The translations under genes and the position numbers were made by a program. Positions 49,660 through 58,597 of a DNA stretch of 64,000 bases are shown piece by piece (within the stretch, counting starts at the first letter, position 1; each line of letters begins with the position of its first letter). The stretch comes from an uncultured Desulfovibrio sp. Lineage in GTDB: Bacteria > Desulfobacterota > Desulfovibrionia > Desulfovibrionales > Desulfovibrionaceae. Under the pieces are notes generated by a model. That model ran no database searches. It saw nothing but the letters and a program-made list of their open reading frames with translations, and was not told the DNA's origin. Where the stretch lies: contig CALBAX010000015.1 in assembly GCA_937926875.1 (NCBI GenBank), forward strand, positions 2,412 through 66,411, written 5' to 3'.

Positions 49660-51018
49660 CTACACGACGAAACGGCCGTCCCGGGCCACCTCGTCCCGTA
49701 CGATCTTGAACAGCACGGGGCTCAGCAGCAGGACGCCGGTAAGGTTGGGCAGCGCCATAAGGGCGTTGCAGGTATCGGCCAGGAGCCACACGGCATCCAG
49801 GGCCAGGACGGACCCCACGCCCACCGCCAGGCAGTAGACCAGGCGGAAGACCATCTGGGCCCGGTCGCCGAACAGGTAGATGGCGCAGCGTTCACCGTAC
49901 ACGCACCAGCCGAGGATGGTGGTGAAGGCGAAGAAGCTCAGGCAGATGGTGACCGCGAACTGGCCCACACCAGGCAGCGCCTGTTCGAAGGCCATGGAGG
50001 TCATCATGCTGGCGGCGGAGGAACCGGCCGTCCAGGTACCCGTCACCAGGATCACGAAGCCCGTCATGCTGCAAACGATGATGGTATCGATGAAGACATC
50101 GAGCATGCCGATGGAGGCCTGCACCAGGGGAGTCTCGGCCGTGGAGGCCGCGTGGGCCATGGGAGCGGTGCCCAGGCCGGCTTCATTGGAGAAGATGCCG
50201 CGGGCCATGCCCTGGCGGATGGCCATCATCACCGTGGCCCCCACGAAGCCGCCGGTGGCCGCCGTGGGCTGGAAGGCATCGGAGATCACCCACCAGAACA
50301 CGGAGGGGACCTTTTCGATGTTCATGCCGATGATGAGCAGGCACATGAAGACATACATGATGGCCATGAAGGGCACGATCTTGCCCGCCACGGCACCGAT
50401 GCGGCGCACGCCGCCCAGCAGCACGGCCACGCACAGGCCCACCAGGATCAGGCCGCACAGCCACGCGGGCAGGCCGAAGGTGCCGGAGATGTTGTCAGTG
50501 ATGGCCTTGGCCTGCACCATGCCGCCCGTACCGATACAGGCGCAGATGCCGAACACGGCAAAACAGGTGCCCAGCCAGATCCATTTGGGGCCCAGGCCGT
50601 TCTTGATGAAGTACATGGCACCGCCCACCCAGTTGCCGGCGGGGGTCTTTTCACGGAAATGCACGGACAGCAGCACTTCGCTGAACTTGGTCATCATGCC
50701 CACCAGGGCCGTGACCCACATCCAGAACAGGGCGCCGGGGCCGCCCACGGCGATGGCCAGGGCCACGCCCACCACGTTACCGGTACCGATATCTGCGGCC
50801 AGAGCAGTCATGAGGGCATTCCACGGCGAGATCTCGCCATGTTCGGACTGATGGGACCGCCCCTGCCACAGGCACTTGTAAGCTCGTACCCAGTTGCGGA
50901 AGGAGAAAAAGCGCAGCGCGATATTCAAATAGATGCCCGTGCCTACCAGCAGCACCAGCATGACCGGACACCACAAAAAGCCGTTAAAGGTTTCCAAAAG
51001 CTTGTACAGCTGCTCCAC
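49660..51018 (-). CDS. alanine/glycine:cation symporter (AGCS family)
   Basis: GTG start at 51018 (VEQLYKLLETFNGFLW...) matches canonical AGCS N-termini. GAGGA RBS. The upstream 34 codons of the track ORF are discarded. Confidence 0.8.
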   Translation of the reverse strand: MEQLYKLLETFNGFLWCPVMLVLLVGTGIYLNIALRFFSFRNWVRAYKCLWQGRSHQSEHGEISPWNALMTALAADIGTGNVVGVALAIAVGGPGALFWMWVTALVGMMTKFSEVLLSVHFREKTPAGNWVGGAMYFIKNGLGPKWIWLGTCFAVFGICACIGTGGMVQAKAITDNISGTFGLPAWLCGLILVGLCVAVLLGGVRRIGAVAGKIVPFMAIMYVFMCLLIIGMNIEKVPSVFWWVISDAFQPTAATGGFVGATVMMAIRQGMARGIFSNEAGLGTAPMAHAASTAETPLVQASIGMLDVFIDTIIVCSMTGFVILVTGTWTAGSSAASMMTSMAFEQALPGVGQFAVTICLSFFAFTTILGWCVYGERCAIYLFGDRAQMVFRLVYCLAVGVGSVLALDAVWLLADTCNALMALPNLTGVLLLSPVLFKIVRDEVARDGRFVV

Positions 51019-51120
51019 TTTTCCATCCTCCCGGGGCTCGCCCCTGTCCTCTCGTTGATGTCTCCCGCCCGGACAGCCCTCTGCATCCGGCCGGAATATC
51101 CGTGCCACAGCGGATGGCAC

Positions 51121-51501
51121 GAAAACACGTTAGCACGCTTTCAGCATCGCTGCAAAGGGCCGGACTCTGCTTCATGCCGATTTTACACGAAAAAATGCGC
51201 ACCTTGTTACGCAATGCACATAGTCCGACCATGACTGTTCACCCAAACAGTCAAAACTCTTTCCATACACTTTAAGAAATAACGAACAAGCCAAACAAAT
51301 GAACATCATAAAACTGCATATAAAGCAAAATATACTTTAATTTTTTGTGTTACTGCGTCAAAAGTACATCGTTGATTAAAGTCAATATACGACCAGACCT
51401 CTCTGCCATCAATGTGACAAAGCTTTTCATCCTGCACATCCCCGGCAGCTTCAGGCCATCACATTTTTGTGATACCTCCGGGAAAATTTCCTGAAAAATT
51501 T
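51121..51501. other. AT-rich non-coding tract marking the left edge of a low-GC island
   Basis: 380 bp with markedly lower GC than the flanks (A/T runs, TTTTTAAAAAATTTTTT) and no supportable ORF. Confidence 0.5.
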
Positions 51502-52464
51502 TTAAAAAATTTTTTCCTGCGGCCTTTCGGGGACATTTTCCAGGCCGATACGATGGCGGACAACATACTGGGGCCGTCCCTTGACCTCCTGGAACACACG
51601 CCCAAGGTATTCCCCCACGATCCCCAGAGAACACAATATCAGGCCGCCAAGGCACAACGTCACCACCATCAGTGAGGCATACCCCGGGACATCCACGCCC
51701 CAGACAAGCGTTTTGAAGATGAGGTACCCGGCATAGGAGAATCCGGCCAAAGCCACTATCATCCCCAGATAGCTCCACAAGCGCAACGGCAGCGTGCTGA
51801 AGGAAGTGATGCCGTCCAAGGCAAAGTTCCACAGCTTCCACCCCGGCCATTTGCTGTTGCCGGCCACACGGGCCGGGCGTTCGTACTCCACGATGGCGCT
51901 GCGGAAACCAACCCAGCCGTACAGGCCCTTGGTAAAGCGCACACGTTCGGGCAAGGCATTCAGGGCATCCACCACCATGCGATCCATGAGCCGGTAATCC
52001 CCGGCATTGGGGACGACGCGCCCCTTGGTCAACCGGTTGAACAGCCGGTAGAACAGGCCGGCGCTCACACGCTTTGCCCAGCTGTCCGCATCACGCCGGG
52101 AACGTACGCCTATGACCGTTTCATAGCCCTGCTCCCACAGGCGCAGGAACTGTTTCAACAGAGCCGGCGGATCCTGCAGATCCACATCCATGGGCACGAC
52201 AGCATCTCCGCGGGCCGCCTGCAACCCCGCGGACAGAGCCAGTTCCTTGCCGAAATTGCGCGAGAAGGAGATGCCGCGGACCCGCGGATCCCGGGCATGG
52301 AGCCCTTCGATGATCTCCAGAGTCCTGTCCGTACTGCCATCATCGACGAACAGGATCTCCAGCTCATAGGGCTCGTCACGCAAAACTTCCTGCACGGCCT
52401 CGTAAAACAGCGGGATGGCCTCTTCTTCATCAAGGACCGGAACGATCAGGGAAAGCAGTTTCAT
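51502..52464 (-). CDS. polyprenyl-phosphate glycosyltransferase, GT2 (GtrB/ArnC/DPM1-like) with two C-terminal transmembrane helices
   Basis: LIVPVLDEEEAIP, DDGSTD and DVDLQDP (DxD) motifs, plus C-terminal hydrophobic helices (LMVVTLCLGGLILCSLGIVGEYLGRVF). GAGGAG RBS. Confidence 0.8.
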   Translation of the reverse strand: MKLLSLIVPVLDEEEAIPLFYEAVQEVLRDEPYELEILFVDDGSTDRTLEIIEGLHARDPRVRGISFSRNFGKELALSAGLQAARGDAVVPMDVDLQDPPALLKQFLRLWEQGYETVIGVRSRRDADSWAKRVSAGLFYRLFNRLTKGRVVPNAGDYRLMDRMVVDALNALPERVRFTKGLYGWVGFRSAIVEYERPARVAGNSKWPGWKLWNFALDGITSFSTLPLRLWSYLGMIVALAGFSYAGYLIFKTLVWGVDVPGYASLMVVTLCLGGLILCSLGIVGEYLGRVFQEVKGRPQYVVRHRIGLENVPERPQEKIF

Positions 52465-52555
52465 CTATTGTCTCCTCACATGTCTGCGCCTATAGTGTCT
52501 TTGACACGGACAGCACGATGATACGATGACCTGTCCATAACAACCATTTTTCTAT

Positions 52556-53731
52556 ATGCGCCAGTCTACAGACAATTTCCTTGCTCTGAGCCTGTTCTTG
52601 CTCTTTTTTTCAAACTTCATCTATTCCGTTGTCTATTTCTATAACGACTTCCCCAATGGTTATGCATGGGGAGAACTTTTCATAAAATATACTGACGGCT
52701 TCGTACGCAGGGGGCTGACAGGCTACCTGCTGTATCATGCTGCGAGCTTTTTGAATGTCCATATCGTGTGGACGGCCTGCATATCGCTTGTTTACATCCT
52801 GTTTTTCATAAAGGCATATTCTTTCATCAGGGAAAACGTAAGCTATTTCTTTACGATAGTCCTGTTCTTCTCTCCGGCCCTGCTGGCATTCCTCGTCAAG
52901 GATCCTGACCTCTTCGGCCGCAAGGACATCCTCTTCCTGGCCCTGCTGGCCATCATCATGGCCAAGGCCAGTACCATCATCATCTCACCGGGAAAGCGGG
53001 GAAAGGCCTGGCTGACCATCGCCCTGTGCTATCTTGTGGCCTTCCTTATCCACGAGATCACACTGTTCTTTGCCCTGCTGCCGGCCCTGCTCGTCCTGCG
53101 CGCCAATGAAAAGCATACGCTGGCCACCGTGGCGGCCATCGGTGCCGTCTTTCTGTTGAGTGCCCTTTTTGCCGTCCATTTCCAGGGGACAGCCGCCATG
53201 CGCGAAGCCATGTTCCACGACTGGCAGGCCCTCATCCCGGATTTCACCACACAGGGAGGCATGCGCTTCATCGGCAAGGATCTTTCTTCCCACGCCACGC
53301 CCTTCCCCTGGCTCCAGAATGGCAACCTGCGCCTTTCCTACATCGCCGCCTGGCTGCTGGCCCTGCTCCCCCTGGGGCTGCTCATGTACGTCTACCGCTT
53401 CCATACGGTCTGCACGGACGTCCTGGGCCGGGGCATGACCTGGCTCGCCTATGGATGCGCCATATTCCCTGCCGTGATCCTGACCTTCATGATCAACGAC
53501 TTTGGCCGGACGATCTCATACAGCTGTCTGATGTTCCTGTTCTTTGCCCTGCATATCCTGCGCATCTATCGCGACCGCCACGGGGATCTGCCGGTCCGTC
53601 CCTGCTTCACACAGCTGCATTTTGCGAATACCCCTGTCCTCATCGGCAGCCTGTATTACCTGCTCTGCTGGAAGCTCTACCATTATGTCCCGCTGAGCAT
53701 GGAACCCCGCATCATTTCCCTGTCGTTCTGA
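52556..53731 (+). CDS. polytopic membrane protein; candidate cognate GT-C/GtrC-like glycosyl-transfer enzyme. I do not recognise a family.
   Basis: 391 aa, at least 9 transmembrane helices. The first 350 nt are strikingly AT-rich relative to the genome. Divergent from the GT2 gene with a 91-bp spacer. Confidence 0.6.
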   Translation: MRQSTDNFLALSLFLLFFSNFIYSVVYFYNDFPNGYAWGELFIKYTDGFVRRGLTGYLLYHAASFLNVHIVWTACISLVYILFFIKAYSFIRENVSYFFTIVLFFSPALLAFLVKDPDLFGRKDILFLALLAIIMAKASTIIISPGKRGKAWLTIALCYLVAFLIHEITLFFALLPALLVLRANEKHTLATVAAIGAVFLLSALFAVHFQGTAAMREAMFHDWQALIPDFTTQGGMRFIGKDLSSHATPFPWLQNGNLRLSYIAAWLLALLPLGLLMYVYRFHTVCTDVLGRGMTWLAYGCAIFPAVILTFMINDFGRTISYSCLMFLFFALHILRIYRDRHGDLPVRPCFTQLHFANTPVLIGSLYYLLCWKLYHYVPLSMEPRIISLSF

Positions 53732-53885
53732 TCCTCTCCCGACGATCACGGGAAGGCGCGCCACGCGGCGACAGCTGCCGCACAACAGAGGAATGCCCCT
53801 TCCCCGGCATCCGTCCGCACCGTCTCCAAAGCGGTCACCCACGGATCTTTCCCCGGATTTCCCTGCCTGTACAGGGGAAACGTAC

Positions 53886-53916
53886 AAAAAAGGGCAGCCC
53901 GAAGGCTGCCCTTTAT
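53886..53916. terminator. Bidirectional rho-independent terminator between the convergent membrane-protein gene and purB-pyrE
   Basis: AAAAAAGGGCAGCC-cgaa-GGCTGCCCTTTAT. Confidence 0.7.
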
Positions 53917-54022
53917 CGATCAGTGTATCCCCGGTCCGGGACAGGTCTGGAAAAGAACCCCGCTGAGGCGGCCGTCCCGTCTCCTCCCCGGGACATGCCG
54001 GGAACGCCCAGAGGGAACGGCC

Positions 54023-55900
54023 TTAGGAGCGGGCCATCTCCACCAGTTCCTTCCGGGTGAAGAGGGAGTGCAGTTCGTAACCGGCTTCCTTCAGCTTCTC
54101 GCGGCCGCCTTCTTCGCGGTCCAGGATGCAGCACACGGCCACGATGTCCAGACCGGCAGCGCGCACGCGGTCACAGGCCTTGAGCAGGGAGCCGCCGGTG
54201 GTCACCACGTCTTCCAGCATGGCCACCTTGTCGCCGGGCTTGAAGTTGCCCAGGCCTTCCACGAACTGGCCGGTGCCATGGTCCTTGGCTTCCTTGCGCA
54301 CCAGCAGGCCGTTGAGGGGGCGGCCCAGCTCGTGCGAGATGGCGGTGGTGGCGGAGACCAGCGGGTCGGCGCCCATGGTCATGCCGCCCACGCCCACCAC
54401 GGGAACGTCCTTGAGCAGGTCGTTGAACAGCGTACCGATGAGCCAGGAACCTTCGGCATGCAGGGCGGTCACGCGGCAATCGAAGTAATAGTCGCTGCGA
54501 CGGCCGGAAGCCAGGACGAAGTCGCCTTCACGGTAGGACTTTTCCACCAGCAGGCGGGCCAGACGACGCTTGATCTCCAGGATGGACTGCTGCACGGGAG
54601 CCTCCTCATTGCCGAAGACGCGCTTGTAGATGACGTCTTCGTATTTAAGGTAGTAGGTGGGGTCGAAAAGTTCGGCAAGCTGGGCATCGCCCAGACGTCC
54701 ATGCATGTCGGGATCGGCGCACACCAGTTCGGGGAAGGGCTTGCGGGTCTCCCAGCTCTGCATGGCCAGACGCTGCACGGCCTCATAGGCCTTCTGGCGC
54801 GGCAGGCCGGTGGCGATGAGGGCCGTCAGCACGCGCTGGGAGAAGTACAGGCCGTAGGAACGTTCCATGTTCTCCTTCATGCGCTCGGGCTTGACCACCA
54901 GGCCGTCCAGCAGGCGGCACAGGCGGTTGAGCACGTAGTCGGCCAGGATGGTGGAATCGGGCATGATGACGCGTTCCACGGACGAGTGGCTGATGTCGCG
55001 CTCGTGCCACAGGGCCTGGTTCTCCATGGAAGCCACGGCATTGCTGCGGATCAGGCGGGCAAGACCGGCCATGTTCTCGGCCGAGATGGGATTCTTCTTG
55101 TGCGGCATGGCCGAGGAGCCCTTCTGGCCCTTGGCGAAGCCTTCTTCCACTTCCAGCACCTCGGTGCGCTGCAGATGGCGCAGCTCCACGCACAGGCGTT
55201 CGATGCCGCCGGCCAGGATGGCCAGGGAGGTGAAGAAGTGGGCGTAGCGGTCGCGCTGCACGATCTGGGTGGAGTGCGGGTCCACGGCCAGGCCCAGGCG
55301 GGTCAGGGCCTTTTCCTCCAGTTCGGGGGAAAGGAAGGCGTAGGTGCCCACGGCACCGGAGATCTTGCCCACGCGCACGCTCTCGATGCCGGCCTTGACG
55401 CGCTCCAGATGGCGCTGGAACTCGGCGTGGAAGCCGGTCATCTTGAGGCCGAAGCTGGTGGGTTCGGCATGGATGCCGTGAGTGCGGCCCATGCAGAGCA
55501 CGCCCTTGTGCTTGCGGGCCAGGGCTTCCAGAGAGGCCAGCACCTTTTCGATGTCTTCCACGATGAGCTTGCCGGCCTGCATGAACAGATAGCCGTTGGC
55601 GGTGTCCACGATGTCGGAAGACGTGCAGCCCAGATGGATGTAGCGGGCGTCGGGGCCCACCTTTTCTTCCAGCGAGGTGAGGAAGGCGATGACGTCGTGA
55701 CGGGTGGTCTGCTCGATCTCGAGGATGCGGTCCACGTCGATGTCGGCCTTTTCCCGGATGGTCTTCACGGCCTCGGCGGGCACGCGGCCCAGTTCGGCCC
55801 AGGCTTCGCACACGGCCACTTCCACAGCCAGCCAGGCGCGGTAACGGTTCTCCAGGGTCCAGATGCGGCCCATGGCGGGCCGGGTGTAGCGCTCAATCAT
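54023..55900 (-). CDS. purB: adenylosuccinate lyase fused in-frame to orotate phosphoribosyltransferase (PurB-PyrE bifunctional ORF)
   Basis: ATG at 55900 (MIERYTRPAMGRIW...) with a GAGGT RBS. The PurB domain runs through ...YKRVFGNEEAP and continues without a stop into a complete PyrE domain (VQQSILEI...GRRSDYYFD...RKEAKDHG...TTGGS). The upstream 60 codons of the track ORF are discarded. Confidence 0.8.
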   Translation of the reverse strand: MIERYTRPAMGRIWTLENRYRAWLAVEVAVCEAWAELGRVPAEAVKTIREKADIDVDRILEIEQTTRHDVIAFLTSLEEKVGPDARYIHLGCTSSDIVDTANGYLFMQAGKLIVEDIEKVLASLEALARKHKGVLCMGRTHGIHAEPTSFGLKMTGFHAEFQRHLERVKAGIESVRVGKISGAVGTYAFLSPELEEKALTRLGLAVDPHSTQIVQRDRYAHFFTSLAILAGGIERLCVELRHLQRTEVLEVEEGFAKGQKGSSAMPHKKNPISAENMAGLARLIRSNAVASMENQALWHERDISHSSVERVIMPDSTILADYVLNRLCRLLDGLVVKPERMKENMERSYGLYFSQRVLTALIATGLPRQKAYEAVQRLAMQSWETRKPFPELVCADPDMHGRLGDAQLAELFDPTYYLKYEDVIYKRVFGNEEAPVQQSILEIKRRLARLLVEKSYREGDFVLASGRRSDYYFDCRVTALHAEGSWLIGTLFNDLLKDVPVVGVGGMTMGADPLVSATTAISHELGRPLNGLLVRKEAKDHGTGQFVEGLGNFKPGDKVAMLEDVVTTGGSLLKACDRVRAAGLDIVAVCCILDREEGGREKLKEAGYELHSLFTRKELVEMARS

Positions 55901-55907
55901 AGGTACC

Positions 55908-56240
55908 TCACGCGGAAGGGGTCGACGAGGAAGAGGCGGCGGCAGGAGCCGAGCCTCCGGAAGTGCTGCTGGCAGTGCTGCCGGAAGAAGTGGGACTCGT
56001 CGACGGGGAGGCGGAAGAAGAAGGGGTGGACGTGCTGTTCTCGTCCTTGATGCCCTTGCGGTAGCCGTAATCGCTGACATACCAGCCGCCGCCCTTGAGC
56101 ACGAAAGACGTGTGCGACATGACCCGCGGCGAGGGGGTGCCGCAATCAGGACAGGGCTCCTGGGCCTGCATGTCGGTCACATGGGTCCATTCTTCAAAGA
56201 CTTTCTGACAGTTGGGACACTGATATTCGTAGATGGGCAT
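55908..56240 (-). CDS. FmdB-family zinc-ribbon protein with a Ser/Thr/Pro-rich C-terminal tail
   Basis: MPIYEYQCPNCQ...CPDCG zinc ribbon at the N-terminus; low-complexity STP tail. Ends 8 nt before the purB start. Confidence 0.65.
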   Translation of the reverse strand: MPIYEYQCPNCQKVFEEWTHVTDMQAQEPCPDCGTPSPRVMSHTSFVLKGGGWYVSDYGYRKGIKDENSTSTPSSSASPSTSPTSSGSTASSTSGGSAPAAASSSSTPSA

Positions 56241-56354
56241 AGCTATAACGCCAAGAACGGCCACGACAGCCCCTTTTTTTGTCCGGGGCCATCGGCCGTT
56301 GTGCTGAAATTCGCGGCTCCCCGCAGGGAACCGGCAATGAACTGTCCGCGGAAA

Positions 56355-56462
56355 CTAGGCCTTGGCGGCCTTGGCTTCACGCACGCGCTGCTTCAGACGT
56401 TCAGCGCGACGATGACGGCGGCGATCCAGTTCCTTTTTACGCTCAATCTTCTTGTGAGCCAT
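56355..56462 (-). CDS. small very basic protein (35 aa, MAHKKIERKKELDRRRHRRAERLKQRVREAKAAKA), hypothetical
   Basis: Strong GGAGGA RBS 5 nt upstream of the ATG at 56462; about 50% Arg/Lys. No family assignment. Confidence 0.4.
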   Translation of the reverse strand: MAHKKIERKKELDRRRHRRAERLKQRVREAKAAKA

Positions 56463-56659
56463 GATGTCCTCCACGGGGGAGATGCCCCCATTAATTTTTG
56501 GTAGAAAAGCATATCCCAAAGGTTTCGCAAAGTCCAGCATGCAGACTGAAGACCACGGCCCTGCCCGCGTCATCCTGCCTTGCGTCCCGGCTGTGCGCAC
56601 AGGCACGCCCGGGGAAGACCCGTTGCCAGCGCCCCGCTTCTTGCCTACACTGCGCGGTC

Positions 56660-57139
56660 ATGAAGAAAGTCATCATCTATACGGACGGCTCCTGCCTGGG
56701 CAATCCCGGCCGGGGCGGCTGGGCCGCCATCCTCTGCCTGGTGGGCAGCACGGCCCGCCGCGAGCTGGTGGGCGGCGCCCGCCTGACCACCAACAACCGC
56801 ATGGAACTGGGCGGCGTCATCGCGGCCCTCTCCGCCCTGCGCGAAGCCTGCGAGGTGGACCTTTACACCGACTCCAAATACGTCTGCGACGCGGTGGAAA
56901 AGGGCTGGCTGGCCGGCTGGCAGAAGCGCAACTGGATCAAGAGCGACAAGAAGCCCGTGCTCAACGTGGACCTCTGGAAGCAGCTCCTGCCCCTGCTGCG
57001 CACCCACCAAGTGACCTTCCACTGGCTGCGCGGCCATGCCGGGCACCGCGAGAACGAGCGCTGCGACGAACTGGCCCGCGCCTTCGCCGCCGGCCCCGAC
57101 CTGCCCGAGGACACGGGCTTCACGGCCGCCCAGGCCTGA
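56660..57139 (+). CDS. rnhA: ribonuclease HI
   Basis: MKKVIIYTDGSCLGNPGRGGWAAIL...TNNRMEL...HAGHRENERCDELA are canonical RNase H motifs (DEDD). The upstream 54 codons of the track ORF are discarded. Confidence 0.9.
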   Translation: MKKVIIYTDGSCLGNPGRGGWAAILCLVGSTARRELVGGARLTTNNRMELGGVIAALSALREACEVDLYTDSKYVCDAVEKGWLAGWQKRNWIKSDKKPVLNVDLWKQLLPLLRTHQVTFHWLRGHAGHRENERCDELARAFAAGPDLPEDTGFTAAQA

Positions 57140-57154
57140 TCCCGCGCCCTGCCC

Positions 57155-58141
57155 ATGAACGATATTTTTTCCCCTGATACGCTGCATTCCCTGGCCCTGC
57201 TCTGGAAAGGCCTGCTCTGGCCCCTGCTGCGTCTGCTGCTGGGCCTGTGCGCGGGCCTGCTGCTGGCCAATCTGCTGGAGGCCCTGCGCTGGACGCGCCA
57301 TCTGGCCCGCCTGGCCACCCCGCTGGCCCGGGCCGCCCATCTGCGCGACGTGGCGGGCGCGGCCTTCTCCCTGGCCTTCGTCTCCCCGGCCGCGGCCAAC
57401 GGCCTGCTTTCCGAAAGCCACCAAAAAGGCGAGATCGACGGCCGGGAACTCATGCTGGCCAATCTGTTCAACAGCTTCCCGGCCTATCTGGTCCACACGC
57501 CCACCATTTTCCTGCTCACCTGGCCCGTGCTGGGCTGGCCCGCCGTGGTCTATGTGGGCCTGACCCTGCTGGCCGCCGTGGGCCGTACCGGCCTGACCAT
57601 CGCCTTTTCCCGCCGCCTGCTGCCCGCACCGCCGCAGGGCTGCCTGGCCTGCACGGCCGCGACTGACGGCGAGACCGGCTGGCGCGCCGCCGCCCGCAAG
57701 GCCTGGAAGCGCTTCCGCCGCCGCGTGCCCAAGCTGGTCTGCTTCACGGTGCCCGTCTACATCATCATGTATCTGTTGCAGCGCTACGGCCTGTTCACCG
57801 CCGCCGAGGAGTGGCTGGCCATGCACATGGAATGGCTGGCCTTCCTCAAGCCCCAGGCCATGGGCATCATCGTGCTGCACCTGGCCGCCGAACTGGGCGC
57901 GGCCCTGGGCGCCGCGGGCAGCGTACTCCAGACCGGCGGCCTTGAAGCCCGCGACGTGGTGCTGGCCCTGATGGTGGGCAACATATTGTCCACGCCCATG
58001 CGGGCCATCCGCCACCAGCTGCCCGCCTACGCCGGTTTCTACCGCCCGGCCCTGGCCCTGCGCCTGATCCTGGCCAACCAGGGCCTGCGCGCCGTCAGTA
58101 TGGCCGTGGTCACCCTGCTGTACTGGTGGGTGGCGTTTTAG
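57155..58141 (+). CDS. membrane protein with nucleoside-recognition (Gate) domain (SpmA/SpmB-like)
   Basis: 328 aa, multiple transmembrane helices, two Gate-like repeats. Confidence 0.55.
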   Translation: MNDIFSPDTLHSLALLWKGLLWPLLRLLLGLCAGLLLANLLEALRWTRHLARLATPLARAAHLRDVAGAAFSLAFVSPAAANGLLSESHQKGEIDGRELMLANLFNSFPAYLVHTPTIFLLTWPVLGWPAVVYVGLTLLAAVGRTGLTIAFSRRLLPAPPQGCLACTAATDGETGWRAAARKAWKRFRRRVPKLVCFTVPVYIIMYLLQRYGLFTAAEEWLAMHMEWLAFLKPQAMGIIVLHLAAELGAALGAAGSVLQTGGLEARDVVLALMVGNILSTPMRAIRHQLPAYAGFYRPALALRLILANQGLRAVSMAVVTLLYWWVAF

Positions 58142-58150
58142 TAAGGAACA

Positions 58151-58233
58151 GGCGAGGGGGAGAAGGAAACCGTTTGGAAAAACGGTTCTCCCTCTCGCCC
58201 TCGCGCTCCCCCTTTCCCTTCCCAAAACTTTTA
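58151..58233. repeat. GC-rich palindromic intergenic element, copy D (degenerate short form)
   Basis: Imperfect inverted repeat GGCGAGGGGGAGAAGGAAACCGTTT-GGAAA-AACGGTTCTCCCTCTCGCC, then tail CTCGCGCTCCCCCTTTCCCTTCCCAAAACTTTT (shares CCCTTCCCAAAAC with copies A and B). Confidence 0.6.
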
Positions 58234-58328
58234 ACAGGGGACAGCGCGGCAAGGAGCAGGTAGTGTCCCGCCACTCCTTGCTCTCCCCGGCAACCGCGCT
58301 GCCTGACTTCAAGCATAAGGAAACGACC

Positions 58329-58580
58329 ATGAGCGAGACTCCCCGCCACATCCACTGCGTCAAACCCGAACACACCGGTGCGCGCGTCACCGTGCGTCTC
58401 CAGCCCGAGGACCACTGGCTCTCCATCCCCCGCCCCAAGACCTCCCGCCAGCTGCTGACGGCCCTGGGGCTGGCCGAGGAATGTGCCCTGGTGGCCCGCG
58501 ACGGCGAACTGCTCACCCCCGACCGCCAGATCTGGCCCAACGACGAGCTGCTGGTCCGCAAAGTCGCCAGCGTGGGCTAG
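58329..58580 (+). CDS. small hypothetical protein, possibly ThiS/MoaD-like beta-grasp (83 aa)
   Basis: AAGGAAA RBS 6 nt upstream of the ATG at 58329. Pattern ...TSRQLLTALGL...VARDGELL...NDELLV resembles sulfur-carrier folds but lacks a C-terminal GG. Confidence 0.4.
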   Translation: MSETPRHIHCVKPEHTGARVTVRLQPEDHWLSIPRPKTSRQLLTALGLAEECALVARDGELLTPDRQIWPNDELLVRKVASVG

Positions 58581-58597
58581 GCCCGCGGAGGCCGGTC

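Noticed and set aside
55901-56080. 60-codon N-terminal extension of the purB-pyrE ORF (MSAITATARASRTRTARPPLLLPPPRRR...) and analogous extensions on ggt-neighbour peptidase, ttuA-like, aminotransferase, pyrK, pyrD, GNAT, pepP, aroK, yheO-like, rnhA and AGCS ORFs
   Set aside because: Extensions are Pro/Arg/Ala-rich with no homology. Conserved protein N-termini begin at internal ATG, GTG or TTG codons that have RBSs, and the extensions overlap upstream genes or repeat elements.
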